Below are positions 13,374-26,856 of a stretch of 64,000 nucleotides of DNA, piece after piece. Within the stretch, counting starts at the first letter, position 1. Every line of letters begins with the position of its first letter. Source of the stretch: Eledone cirrhosa (taxonomy: Eukaryota); assembly GCA_964016885.1 (NCBI GenBank), contig OZ024743.1:156674001-156738000 (forward strand). The letters are read 5' to 3'. The notes beneath the pieces are model-generated. The model was not told where the DNA came from. It worked only from the letters and a program-made list of their open reading frames with translations, and did no database searches. The position numbers were made by a program, and so were the translations under genes.

Positions 13374-13688
13374 TAAATTATTTAAAAAGATATAATCTTA
13401 AAAAGACGAATGGCAAGCATGATTTTTTCGTTATCTCCCAATACAAAAATCACTTAAATGAACTAGCAGGAGAATATTTCTGGAGAGCCTTCCCGAACAA
13501 GTTGATAAATTTCATGGAATTTTTCAAAAGTAATTTCAATTTAATGTTATAGGAATATTCTATAGATGTGTTGGAATATGTATTTAATTATTTTTGTTTG
13601 ATTTGAAGAATTGTGGAGGAAATGTAGGACTGTATATATGAATTATCTCTCTCTTTCTGTCTCTTTCTCTCTCTCTCACTCTCTCTCC

Positions 13689-13742
<54 letters not shown>

Positions 13743-13744
13743 GC

Positions 13745-15490
13745 AGATAAATCTACCAAATTATACGGTAGTGTCCAATCCGTATGAAGAACTCAATGTA
13801 ATCCAAATATCATGAAAAGAGAAGATGTATTCAAAAATGTTTTCGATGAAAATCACAGGAAAACAGAGTCAAGATAAATTAATAAAAACAAGGAATAAAA
13901 ACAAGGAAACAGTTTCTTATATTAAAAAAGTCATCATTTTACGATCGTTTCGAGGATATATATGTGTGTTGGTATGTATATCATATATATCTATGTAAAA
14001 ATGTTACAAACTAAAAGAGCAAATATACTGTCTTCAGAAATAATTGTTTCTACTTTTGGCACAAGGCCATCAATTACCGAGTACATTACTGGTACTTTAT
14101 TTTATCGACCCCGTAAGGATGAAAAGCAAAGGATATTTGTTTATTGAAAAGAAACCAACAGAGATTTAATATAATAGGTCTGTTTTGGAACAGGCTTTGA
14201 ATTGACCAATAGAAAAGTAGTAAGTGGTCAAGTTGATAGAATATTAGTAGTAGAAATTTAATTTAGGGGTAGAGGAATGCAGACTTAAGTTTTGAATGGA
14301 AAGATTACTTTGAATGAAAAGATTACTTTGGGGATGAAAAGAGGTCAAGCCGGTGAAAGGTACACAAACATTTGATGTTATTAAAGAATAATGCTAGTGT
14401 TAAAATCGAAGGAGAATAACATTTTAGGGTAATTGTGTTAGTGAGAATTTACCAATCTTATTTAAAACATAAGGAATTTAGATCTATAAAAAGAAATTAA
14501 ATTTATTTAAGTGATAGGTATACTTATAGGGATACATTTATATTAATTATATAGATGTGATAAATAAGTGTTAGATGTTATTAAAGAATGTTGTTAAAAA
14601 CGAAGGAAAAAAATGTTGGGATAAATATATTAGTGAGAAATAAAAAAGTTATATAGACTACAAATTAGGTTTATAATATTTGAAATTTCTTCTAATTCTA
14701 TGATTACACGATATAAATAATTATTGTCCCTTCTTTAATAGGATATCCTTAGATTTCATTATTTCAAAAAGTTCCTGGGAACATAATCTACACTCATATG
14801 TGTTATTTTGATAAGGCGTGGCCCTTTTGAGCACAGTCCATGTCAGGTTATAATCGATATTCTTTTTTCTATAATTATTAATTATTTCAGCCAAGGATGT
14901 TGTATTAGCTAATGCGGCATTTTTAAAACTATGTTTGTGGGTATTAAATCTTACTTAATTGGTTAGAATTAGCTCCTATATATGAATAAGTTGAGTCTTT
15001 AGTACTAATTTTACATTTATATACTATGTTATTAATAAGACAATTTCCATTTAATGGGCAATTTCCTTTGTTTCTATGGGTTGTATGTTTGAAGTATTAT
15101 TGGTGTAAGGTATATAGACTAATTTGTTTTTGTGGCCGCTTCTAGCTAAAACTTCGTTATAAAATGTTGCATTTTTATCGAATACATCCTGGTTAGATGA
15201 AAGGTTAGAAATTCTGAGTGAGATATTATATGGTAGGTTTTTAAGGATAGATCTAGGGTGATTGGATTGTGAGTGTATGTGATGTAAGTTTTGTTTAGGT
15301 CTATGGTAAGGTTGGTAGATACCCGTAGATAAGTCTAAAGTTATATCAAGGAAATGAACTGGTGTTTTCAAATATAATAGTAAGACTATGAGGAAATATA
15401 ATAGTAAGTCTTTGAGGAAAGTTCTAAGTTCTGAATGTTTTAATATAAGGAACTGTTTCTTTGTTTTTGTTCATTGTTATTATTAATTTA
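13745..15490 (-). mobile_element. 5'-truncated Penelope-like element, family A (RT C-terminus, GIY-YIG, 3' pLTR with HHR, short inverted pLTR piece at 15435-15490)
   Basis: ORF 15051-15371 (-): FLDITLDL..G.YQPY.RP......H..SNHP.SI.KN.P..IS.RIS (PLE RT C-terminus). CPLNGNCL..NIVYKC....YIG and C.LC follow at ~14730-15060. HHR at 13933-14044 (-). SINE fragment inserted at 14043-14130. Confidence 0.88.
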
Positions 15491-15507
15491 TATATATATA
15501 TAGATAT

Positions 15508-17250
15508 AGTACAATTTAAAAAAATATGATCAACACTAATGTGTTGTTTTTTTTTTGCAAAATGACAATCATTTTTTAGCCAGATAGAAATACCTTAATT
15601 CAAGTACATATAGTCCGCCTGTATCGATCTAGAAAATATTAAATATTAAATCTATACTTACAGACATAAAATGGCAATTGCCTGGTGCCTAGACAAGTTT
15701 AAATTTCAAAATTCAAACCTTTTCAGCAGATCGGTCAGAACTTCAAAACATAAACCTGTTTCACGAGGGATGGTATACTAATAAAATAATTGATTAATTA
15801 CGGAACAACTATTTATAAAATAATTATTAGTGAAGTAATCAATTTTCTGTGATTTTCAATAGGCACCCAGATAAATTATAGTTACTTCTCCTAAGATAAG
15901 AATCTTAGGCGGACTATATGTACTTGAATTAAGGTATTTTCTGGCTAAAAAATTATTGTCATTTTGCAAAAAAAAACACATTAGTGTTGATCATATTTTT
16001 TTTAATTGTACTGTAATGCTCAGAAGTATTTTCTTAGAGCTTAATAATTGTATTTGACTACTAAATTGAAATAAATCTGCTCCTTCGGTAGAACTGAATT
16101 CATAATCCCATATTTACGGCTGTTATTTCTAGCGCCATGGATATGAGCCTTAATGCTGAGAAGGTCGTGTGCAAAAGCACATGTATTAGGCTTGCGACAG
16201 ATCAGTCTTAAGATTCTTATCTTAGGAGAAGTAACTATAATTTATCTGGGTGCCTATTGAAAATCACAGAAAATTGATTACTTCACTAATAATTATTTTA
16301 TAAATAGTTGTTCCGTAATTAATCAATTATTTCATTAGTATACCATCCCTTGTGAAACAGGTTTATGTTTTGAAGTTCCGACCGATCTGCTGAAAAGGTT
16401 TGAATTTTGAAATTTAAACTTGTCTAGGCACCAGGCAGTTGCCACTTTACGTCTGTAAGTATAGATTTAATATTTAATATTTTCTAGATCGATACAGGCG
16501 GACTATATGTACTTGAATTAAGGTATTTCTATCTGGCTAAAAACGTATTGTCATTTTGCAAAAAAAACACATTAGTGTTGATCATATTTTTTTTAATTGT
16601 ACTGTAATGCTCAGAAGTATTTTCTTATAGCTTAATAATTGTATTTGACTACTAAATTGAAATAACTCTGCTCCTTCGGTAGAGCTGAATTCATAATCCC
16701 ATATTTACGGCTGTTATTTCTAGCGCCATGGATATGAGCCAGAATGCTGAGAAGGTCGTGTGCAAAAGCACATGTATTAGGCTTGCGACAGATCAGTCTT
16801 AAGATTCTTATCTTAGGAGAAGTAACTATAATTTATCTGGGTGCCCATTGAAAATCACAGAAAATTGATTACTTCACTAATAATTATTTTATAAATAGTT
16901 GTTCCGTAATTAATTAATTATTTCATTAGTATACCATCCCTTGTGAAACAGGTTTATGTTTTGAAGTTCCGACCGATCTGCTGAAAAGGTTTGAATTTTG
17001 AAATTTAAACTTGTCTAGGCACCAGGCAGTTGCCATTTTACGTCTGTAAGTATAGATTTAATATTTAATATCTTCTAGATCGATACAGGCGGACTATATT
17101 TACTTGAATTAAGGTATTTCTATCTGGCTAAAAACTTATTGTCATTTTGCAAAAAAAAACACATTAGTGTTGATCATATTTTTTTAAATTGTACTGTAAT
17201 GCTCAGAAGTATTTTCTTATAGCTTAATAATTGTATTTGACTACTAAATT
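15508..17250. repeat. Non-coding ~591-bp tandem array (15908-17250, ~2.3 units) preceded by an inverted partial unit (15508-15907)
   Basis: GGCGGACTAT recurs at 15908, 16497 and 17088; GCTGAGAAGG at 16155 and 16746. 15508-15907 is the reverse complement of part of the unit. Bounded by AT-type microsatellites. Confidence 0.92.
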
Positions 17251-17949
17251 GGAATATATAGATATATATAGATATATATAAACATACACATACATGTATA
17301 CATATACACAGATACACACACATTGAATTCCCAAGGATAAACACAAGGACTATTGCAGCCCTACGTTATATAATTACCGATTCTATCAAACTCTTTATAT
17401 GTACATAATCGTTTGCGAAATTGTCTTTAAAATGTTATTCTTTAAGAAAGTAACAATGAATTTTCAGTTGCATATTTTGAGGAAACATTAAATAGTTTAG
17501 TATTTTTTAAAACGTCTATCATCTCAAATCAACAGATAGATTTGCAAATTGATTTTAAAGATTGTTGACATCGGCATAACGAAAAACAAATTGTATTTAA
17601 AATATAATTATTTTCGTAGGAGAGATATAGATTTTCCATTTTAACAAAAGTGAAATTAAGCCTCAGTTAGTGTGGTGCTCACATTGTAGACGCTCGCCAC
17701 CAAAAGATGATTGAAGTAACTTATAGATTTGAAATAAAAAAAACATGGATGTGCAACCACGGAACCATTGTATATAGTATAATTCCAAATCTCTCCTTTT
17801 TATTTCATTTACAATAGTAAATAAAGGAAAATAGATTTACTATATATTTCAAAACGCAATGTTGAATCGTTTAGGGTTTATTTGAGAATCTGGGGATATT
17901 TCACTCCATCCCACTTACGTGTCAAGTGTATTTCTCTAAATGCGTTAAA

Positions 17950-19050
17950 TGTGTCAAACGTGGCTTCATCAGAAGGTACAATATGCTATTAATAATTGCT
18001 GATGTTGTTTATGTCAACACAATATAAGGATCGACTTATTTTATTATTTTTAAGTTATTTTTATTTGTTTGGTTTTACCATGTCCATGATGAATAAAGTT
18101 GACTCTGCTATTATAATGTTGTGTTAGTATTGCTTTTGGATTTTATGTATCGTTCAAAGTTGTGTGGTCGTCTTTCACGAAGTGAGGCGGACATTAGCAT
18201 TTGTAACCTCTGGAATCTCCAAGTAGTTCTTTCCTTTAAATATTTTTGTTTCAATTTCCATGTTGACTGCATTTTCTTTTTGAATGCGTAGGGATTATTG
18301 CGTCTAGTTATTTATTGTGAATTTAATTGTTGTACGGATAGAATTGGCATAGTCCCTGATGGAACTAATTTATTATTAAGACATTAGATCTGTTTCTTTC
18401 TGATGTCCAAATGATTTACCTGGAACTTTTCTGAGTACCTGTGTGCTTCGTTTAGCTTTCGTTAAAAGGTCATTTCAAAACAATAGGAATGCTGCCAAAA
18501 ATGTATATAACAACAAGTGTTGTATTTTATGTGTTCATTATATGATTATGTTGTTCAATGTCACCTTTCGGTATATTTGATCTTCGCTATCTTAGAATAT
18601 ATGACGGAAACATGGTGTGTAGGTAACACATTTCTAGATTATATAAACGAGGTTGAAGCAGCTGTTTACCATTGTCTTGGCATTGGCGAAATTACATATG
18701 TTGTCAACATATGTGTGTATCATTTGTTTTTCTTTGTGCGTGTGGGAGGGGGGGGGGTGTATAGGTTGAGATGGGTGGAGGAGAGAACAGATACTTGTAC
18801 TTCAACAATCTGGAATTTGCTAGTTCGGAATAATAATTTATAGCCAGCTTTCTGAGTTTCTTATCAATGTGGTTTCGAATATTCGTTGTATAGGTGTTTA
18901 ACCGATTAACAATTATGCTGTTGACAATAAAACATCTGGTAAGTTTTGTGTTTTGACGGTATGCTGAATGTAATATGGTCTCAATCTGAGTTGTAGTTTA
19001 TATTTTAGAAGAGTTGTGTGCGTTTTTATCTTAAATATTAGCTCGTTTGC
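17950..19050 (-). mobile_element. Highly degenerate LINE (RTE-like) RT region
   Basis: Only weak minus-strand remnants (PQGD/LF-like stretch, TYVDN at ~18700, KLGS-like stretch) with many stops. Confidence 0.35.
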
Positions 19051-19245
19051 AAATGTTTAAGGTGTCAATAGAAGGGTTATGCGCCTGTGTCATGTCACAT
19101 TACTGTTTTTATTTTCTCTTGTAAAGAATCATTAAAGTCTATGTGTCATGCAATGTCATATACACAATCACAAAACATACGCGCATACTCACATACACAC
19201 AATACCTATTCACACATACACATACACACATATATATATATATAC

Positions 19246-19341
<96 letters not shown>

Positions 19342-19573
19342 TCATTAGTTAAGCAAAACAAGATCACAAATTTCACAAGGAAGACATTATTAAAATATTG
19401 TCAACAGATTTTAGTTTGATGTAAGGAATGTAGAGAATAATAATAATAATAATATTAATAATAATTGTTTCTACTTTAGGCACAAGGCCAGCAATCACCC
19501 AGTGCATTGCTGGTACTTTTTTATCGACCCCGTAAGGATAATATTAATAATAATATTAATAATAATAATGTCC

Positions 19574-19693
19574 GTTTACAATTGTTTCGCTACTCCATAT
19601 AATATTTCTGGATCAGATGACTATATATCATAATTGATCTGGTTCAGTTGAAAATAATTAACATATTGAAAAAACAGAGCGGCTCATCGGAAC
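19574..19693 (-). ncRNA. Variant hammerhead ribozyme, family G (CCGAUGA core, ~95-nt stem II); mirror copy 21177-21295 (+) has lost one core G
   Basis: Minus strand: GTT-CCGATGA-GCCGCTCTGT[..]ATGGAGTAGC-GAAAC AATT GTA^AAC. Palindromic stem III ACAATTGT. Confidence 0.62.
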
Positions 19694-20007
19694 TTCAAAG
19701 GAATATAAATAAAATAATGAGAGAATGTTGGTGTCTTGGTTGCATCAGTTGTCAGTCATAATCAAGCAGTATTCATCTGTTGAGGCTGCATTGTGTGAGA
19801 TCTTCCTATAGGTAACAAGATGGCTGCCAAAAGTCATATTTACCTTAATAATTAGAGGGGGCTTTCAGGGGAAGTAACTCCACGAGATATTAGAAATTGT
19901 GGGTATTTATAGTTAAGTGCTAATTTTTAATTTTTTTAATTGAGAGACAATGTAGGGGAGGTAACTTATAATTATCTAAGTTAGTCATAGGAATAGATCT
20001 AGAAATA

Positions 20008-20799
20008 TCACCTGGCTTAACCCCTCATTCTCATCTAATCTAGCCACTAATATCCCTAAACTCTTCTTCTCTATCCTATCTAAACATTTCCCCCCCCCCC
20101 AACCATAGGTATTACAAATTCTTTAATAAAAATAACATTAAAATCTCATTCTCCACAACAGCTAACCTAGCTAGCCACATCGCATTCAGTAACCATCATA
20201 AACTAAGACAGTATAACTCCCACATCGCGGTACCGCCACCCCTATCAAATACACCACGCCACTACACGAATAATTACTATAGTAGCACACCTCCCCCATC
20301 TAATCCTTCTAGCACTGACCTACCGCTTAGGTTAAACTACCCTACTCTCACTAACCGCAGAAGCAACTGCAACTGCCGTTACCCTAATGCATGCCCATTA
20401 AATGGACACTGCCTGACACCCAACATAGTCTATAGGTGCACGGTTAAAACTGCTTCGAATACCAGCTCTTATATCGGGTCTACCTCTAACCCTTTTAAGG
20501 TACGCTATAACGCGCACACTTTTTCCTTCCGAGACCCTAGCAACAGATGTTCGACATCGCTAGCTAGGCTCATTAAAAACCTTAAATTAAGCAACGTTCA
20601 ACACTCACTAAAATGGGATATCGTGTCTAGGGCCCAACCGTTCAATGGACGAGGAAAATCTTGTGATCTCTGTATTACAGAAGCATATTACATAACTCTA
20701 TCACGACCTCTACCGATTAACGATAGAAAGGAGGTAAATATTAGCTGTCAACATCGAAGGGCTAATTCCTTCGCCAATAGAATATTTGACCCAACTTAG
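20008..20799 (+). pseudogene. PLE RT-EN linker and complete GIY-YIG endonuclease domain (no start codon, so absent from the ORF track)
   Basis: Hand translation gives TWLNPSFS..TNI.K.F..IL.KHFP, a frameshift in the C-run at ~20090-20100, then stop-free 20101-20799: ..CNCRYPNACPLNGHCLTPNIVYRCTV......SYIGSTSNPFKVRYNAHTFSF..STSLA..W.I..CDLC.TE..N.R.E...SCQHR..*. Confidence 0.9.
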
Positions 20800-21319
20800 T
20801 CATCTAGCCCCATTTTTACTTGTAGCTAATAAGTTAAATAGCTATGACTCACTTAGATAATTATAAGTTACCTCCCCTACATTGTCTCTCAATTAAAAAA
20901 TTTAAAAATTAGCACTTAACTATAAATAGCCACAATTTCTAATCTCTCGAGGAGTTACTTCCCCTGAAACCACCCTCTAATTGGTAAGGTAAATATGTCC
21001 TTTGGCAGCCATCTTGTTACCCATAGGCAGATCCCACACAATGCAGCCTCGATAGATGAATACTGCTTGATTATGGCTGACAACTGATGCAACCAAGATA
21101 CCATAGCGAAAAACCAATATATGGAACATTATATTATGTAACATTCTCTCATTATTTTAATTTAGATTCCTTTGAAGTTCCGATAGCCGCTCTGTTTTTT
21201 AAATTTGTTAATTATTTTCAACTGAACCAGATCAATTATGATATATAGTCATCTGATCCAGAAATATCATATGGAGTAGCGAAACAATTGTAAACGGACA
21301 TTATTATTATTAATATATT

Positions 21320-21510
21320 AGGGCGGTGGATTGGCAGTATCTGTAGAGGGTCTGACGCCATGCTTTGCAGCAAAGAGTTACGGCCCTTTACGATCTGAGT
21401 TCAAATCCCACTGAGGTTAACTTTGCCTTTCATCCTTACGGGGTCGATAAAATAAAGTACCAGTAATGCACTTGGTAATTACTGGCCTTGTACCACAAGT
21501 AGAAACAATT
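21320..21510 (+). mobile_element. tRNA-derived SINE (~190 bp), full length, inside the family G pLTR
   Basis: A-box-like TTGGCAGTATC..TAG, B box GAGTTCAAATCCC, central GCCTTTCATCCTTACGGGGTCGATAAAATAAAGTACCAG (resembles the Meta-SINE domain; tentative), tail ..GTAGAAACA(ATT)n. Confidence 0.85.
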
Positions 21511-21814
21511 ATTATTATTAATATTATTATTATTATTATTCTCTACATTCCTTGCATCAAACTAAATTATGTTGACAATCTTTTAATAATGTCTTCCTTG
21601 TGAAATGTGTGGTCTTGTTTTGCTTAACTAATGAATATTTCCAGCTCTGCGCACCTAACTTCTGCATGAACCCAGCCACCTAGCTGCTTTCTACTTCATA
21701 TTGCACATTGCGCACATGCCTTTACGCTTTGGCTTCTAACTAATTCACCAATCTCTTCTCTCATATCTCCTTTCCTATCTCCATCTAATCTCTTTAAGAT
21801 TGGTTACTCTTGAA

Positions 21815-21931
<117 letters not shown>

Positions 21932-23089
21932 TGTGTGTTTGTGTGTGTTTGTGTGTGTGATTGCATAAGTGCGGTGCATGTCATTATGTTTTATACATAA
22001 AGGGGAATGTGAAGTCGCACCATTTAGTGGCAAAGGTCAGTCGTATCCTTCCGAAAATATAAAGTAATAAATGTATGTCTATCCTCTTTTAGACACAATT
22101 TCGATATAGTCAGCTAAATGTCTAGAAAGCAGATCATTTCTGAGGCATGAAATAAAAAAAGGGAATAAAAGAATACAAATATGACGGTGCTAATTACGGT
22201 GCTAACATTTACGGTGCTAACATTTCGGATCGAGTAAGAACATGAACAAACAAATAACACTTCTACATGAAAAATAAAGACACTGAAAATAGTTATATCT
22301 ATCTAAATTATGAAATAAATTAAAGAGATCAGAACTCTGTTGTCCTTATTCTTCGTGTTTATTCGCTCTTTTTTTCTTTCTTGTTGTACGTTTTGTTCAT
22401 ACCTAGGCACATATATGAACACAATTATCTTAGCCCTAACGTTTTGCTCTTCTCTCAGTTTATTGAAAAAAACCATTAGCTTGTGCATTGTTCACCTACT
22501 CTAGATGATGCTAGAATATAATTTGAGAGATTTATCTACGATTACTAGCAAGTCTCACAATCGAGTATAGGCTTCATAGTTCGTTTGAGTGTACCAGTAT
22601 GTGTGTTCCTGCTATATCTGAATTGCATCGATGTATTTCATATTTTACTCTACATATCCCCGACTATGCTCTGTTTAAGCATACATAAAGGACTTCCCAC
22701 CTGTATTTGCCACTCCTCGTATTTCATGTAATTAGTATTCCTTTTTACAATCTGTCATTCTAGTTTTCAGGATAGCAAGAAAACAAGGATTCGATGTCAT
22801 TTTGGCTGTTAATTCTACTAGTACAATTGACCGCCTATTCACCTCTTAGATGATCCGTATGACTACAAATACACAGTTTTAAATACACACAATATTTGTA
22901 CTATAATATGTTTGAGAATTGCTTGAATTTAATAATTTGAAAAAAGAAACTTTTAGTCACTTGGTGTTATGAATATAATTCCAGAAAGGTAGTATTTCCT
23001 AATGTAGATTATTGAGATGTGACTCCGAATCGAGTTCCACTTCTATGACAAATATATGCTAATATAGCTTTGTGGATTAAGTACAAGAA

Positions 23090-23530
23090 CTACAGGAGCT
23101 GGTGCAGCAATGCACCAGCTTTAGCATTCGGTAATCAGATGAAGGGAGGTAGATGTAAAAGCCAAACTCACTACCTTCAGTTCAATATTTGTGCCAAACA
23201 TCACTTATCGTCCTGAATATTGTGTAATGACCGAAAGAATATGATCGCGAATGCTAGCTGTCCGAAGGGTACTTTGGAGTAATTTTACTCGATAGAGTGC
23301 ATAGCTTGTTAATCAGAGAGTCATTCCAGGTAGAGCTACTACTTCTTCGAATTAAGAGATCACAGCTCCGAAAATAGTGGCATGTGATTAGAATGTCTCA
23401 GGAAAGAATCGCTGGACAGATTTACGGGCAAAACCAACCGGCAGGAGACACAGGTGTGAATCCCAAGCAAGATGGTTGGATAACATCCATGAGCTCTCAC
23501 TTGGGGATCCAGCCGGACCTGTTGGAAACA
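23090..23530 (+). mobile_element. RTE LINE 3' fragment (degenerate)
   Basis: KAKL..F.SIFVP.+TY..E..VMTER, then LR...HV.RM..ER: the post-RT region of RTE/Expander-like LINEs. Homologous to 30480-30720 (-). Confidence 0.65.
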
Positions 23531-26500
23531 GTTTCTATATATGCTGTACTATTTAGTGCCGGCATGCTCCTAAACATTTCTCAACTCGAACAAGGAATAT
23601 GTGAAACATTGTTGCTACAATAAAACAATACATCCATCCGAGCTTAAATATTAACAAACATAAGTTGACTATTTGTTATCTACTTCTTTCCATTCAAAAT
23701 GAATCTTATAAGCAAAGATAGGAGAATGTGCAGCAATGGGTAAGTGAAAATTATTCTGAAGGACCTAACCGACAGCAGTTATAAAAATGTATTTCTGTCC
23801 ATTAAATTGCCATCTGAAAAATGTGGTTTCTAACGACGTTCAGAAATATTTCAATCGATTAAAATTTAGTATTTTAACGTGATCATTAAAATGAATACAT
23901 TTTACACGCAACTGATTGTACCAATATCAGAGAGTTCTCCTGGAACGGAAGGGAATTAGTCATATGGCAAATATATGTTTCTTGGTATACCTCAATTCGA
24001 AAACACAATTATATTGTTTAGTTGTGTAATAGAATTAGTTGGGAAACTTTGACTAACTGAGTTTATCTAAGCATTTAGCAACTAAATGCTCCCTCTGCGG
24101 CTAGTTAATATGTAAAAACGTGATGCAATCCACCAAAATACTTAGAAATTATAGATAATGTAGAGAGGATATGGTCTTTAAAGCCAACAGTCGACGGCAA
24201 TAGATACGTTTGTTCATAATTTTGTTTGTCTCCTAATTGTTACATAACTTACGTTGATGGAATGTTTTCAACTCACTACGTTCCATTCACCTGAATATAT
24301 TAGAATTGTCCAATAATACACCTACAATATGAAATATAGTACACTGTATCAGACTTATGTTCTTGTTGATTAACTAAAAGCGATTTTGTTTCTTGAAGGG
24401 AAGCAGAATTCGGTTAGGAATATTTGAAAGCCTAGATTCTGATTATAATTATTAATTTGACTTTTCCTATTATCTGACTTCTATCAAATACAAAGAGTTA
24501 TTATTTGGATATTTGATAGACTATCTTAAATCTAATATCTCTGTCTGGTTAATGAGGATCTGGCTATATAAATGAAGTGACATATTTTTACGAGAAGATT
24601 TTAACTAGTCAGATAATAGTCTCTTCTTTTGATAAAATATTATCATCAGCGCGGTGTCATGGCCGAAAGCACCCCATTTTCTATTTTGTTATTGTTTATT
24701 CACAAATTGGGTATTGAGTACAGTCAACCATTTTCAAAAAGGTCAATTAAAGTTTAAGTTTGGTTTGGCTGTAATGTCAAGCAGGTATTCTTGTTAAAAC
24801 ATTTGATTTCGTAACTGATGTGTGTAATACTTCATACGTGAACTGCTTTATATCCATGAAAATAAATCCTTTTATTTAAGTGTGTATGAGCAAATATTTC
24901 TATGTTTATGAAATGATGATTGATACAAATATGAGCACATCACTTTTCCTAAATTTGATATTTTTATTAATTCAGACGCATTTGCTTGCATACTAGTGAA
25001 TGTGCTCATATATCTGAATGCGTTTATGCAATGTAGTTATGTGCAGAATGGACTTGTGATACACTGAGAAAATATAATTGCCTTGTCTAACAAAACATTT
25101 TATCTCTGAACCAATGTATTGTTTTGAATTACACCTATTTTGTTTGATACGTTTAGCGTGGCATTTGGTACAAAATAAATTAGGTACATACTTTGGAATG
25201 TATCGTGAATATTTAAAAGGATTTTGGTCAAGTCGCAATAAATTGTGAAAATGGACAGGAACTTCCGCCTAGTGAAACAATGTTCATTTTTTTCCTCGAC
25301 GCTAGTTTCTATGAATTCTTCTCCTGGTAAGACCTTTCCTCTAATAATTGGTTGCCAAATGGATTATTAAATATTTACGTGTTATTTGAAACAAAATAAA
25401 CCATATCATCGTATCTAACAAAGGTATCTCTAGTTGGATTAGTATTCTTTAATTCATCCACTAAAACAAAGTACACACCACATTACATTGCTGGTAGTGT
25501 TGGATGTATTCTCTTCATTTCTTTTTCTACGTAGTAGTTTTTTTAATCTCATATACAGTATATAAAAAGAGATACATGTACACAATATTGGATTATTTGA
25601 CTCGTGTTATTAAGCTCTCTTATATTCACGCGCGCATTTACCTTCTACAGATAGTTGTGCTCCGTCATGAATCTGAGACAAATTGATGACTAGCCCACAT
25701 TGTATTGCTATATATGCAGATATGTGTGATCTGTTGGCGTTGAGGGTTAAAGGGGTGTATGTTCATTCATGTAAATTGAAATAAATGTATCTAAAATTAT
25801 ATATGTAGAAACATTGAAGCAGTGTTTATCTTTGATCATGTACGTTTAGCTGTTTGTGTACATATGTGGCCCGTGTATAAGAATGCGAGAAGGAAAAATA
25901 GACATACTATTTCATGTGAGAATCAATATCAGGAGTGTAAATGGTTCAATTATAATTGTGCGAATATGTATTTCAATATTTATGTGTAGAATATATATAT
26001 ACAAATCGTAAAGATTAAAGAATATAACATTAAAAGAAAATTATTTGAACCCCACCTGCCACTCCTACCCACTTTCTATCAACAACAGTTGGCAGACATC
26101 AATAATACAAAAAAGCAATTTCTTCTTTGACACATACATCATACACCTACCCATAATCTTTTCGAATCAATAATTTAATAGAATTGTTGCAAATTGTCAA
26201 TGATTATGGCTTTATAAATGTTTATTGCAACAAATAACTGAACATATCTTGTATTTATTATTTCACATTATCTTTATCTCAATCATTCTTTCATAGCTTC
26301 AACATCACAGTTGTTTCGTCTACATGTATGTATGCGTCTGTATCCCCATATGTGTATTGTGTTTAACTGTGTTTGTGAAGAATAAGAGGATATATTTTCA
26401 TGTGCGTTGCTATATGTTTAAATGTCTGTGTTTTTATGGAGTTTATTTCTATGTCTAGACCGATGCGTTAATCATTTCGCTTCCTATTTTTCAGTTATCT

Positions 26501-26754
26501 ATTTGAATATATCTGTCTTGTCTTTTATGTTACACAACACGTCTACATGCAACCGAACCACACATGTACACTGACATATACACATATGTGTATTAATTCT
26601 TACATATAATTTCCCTTCTCAAACTAGTTCACATTAATGTTATTTGACCATCATGGGACACTAAAGAGGGAGTTTTATACACCGACCTCATGTTTTTCTT
26701 TTGCTATGATATAGTTCAATGCAGTAACTTACATCATATTATGTTCAACTAAAG

Positions 26755-26856
26755 ATTGAATATGGCGTCGTTCACCACACGTATATGTTTAAACCTCCTG
26801 CAATTTCAGCCAAACAGATTACAGTAGCTGTTCCTCGCCATGTAGGGAGATATCGG
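26755..26856 (+). CDS. Candidate internal coding exon of an unidentified host gene (34 aa, phase 0-0)
   Basis: AAG acceptor at 26752-26754, open frame IEYGVVHHTYMFKPPAISAKQITVAVPRHVGRYR, strong donor CGG|GTAAGT. Lies in repeat-poor DNA. Peptide not recognised. Confidence 0.35.

Noticed and set aside
21320-21415. tRNA gene
   Set aside because: The A/B boxes belong to a multi-copy SINE head; no cloverleaf can be folded.
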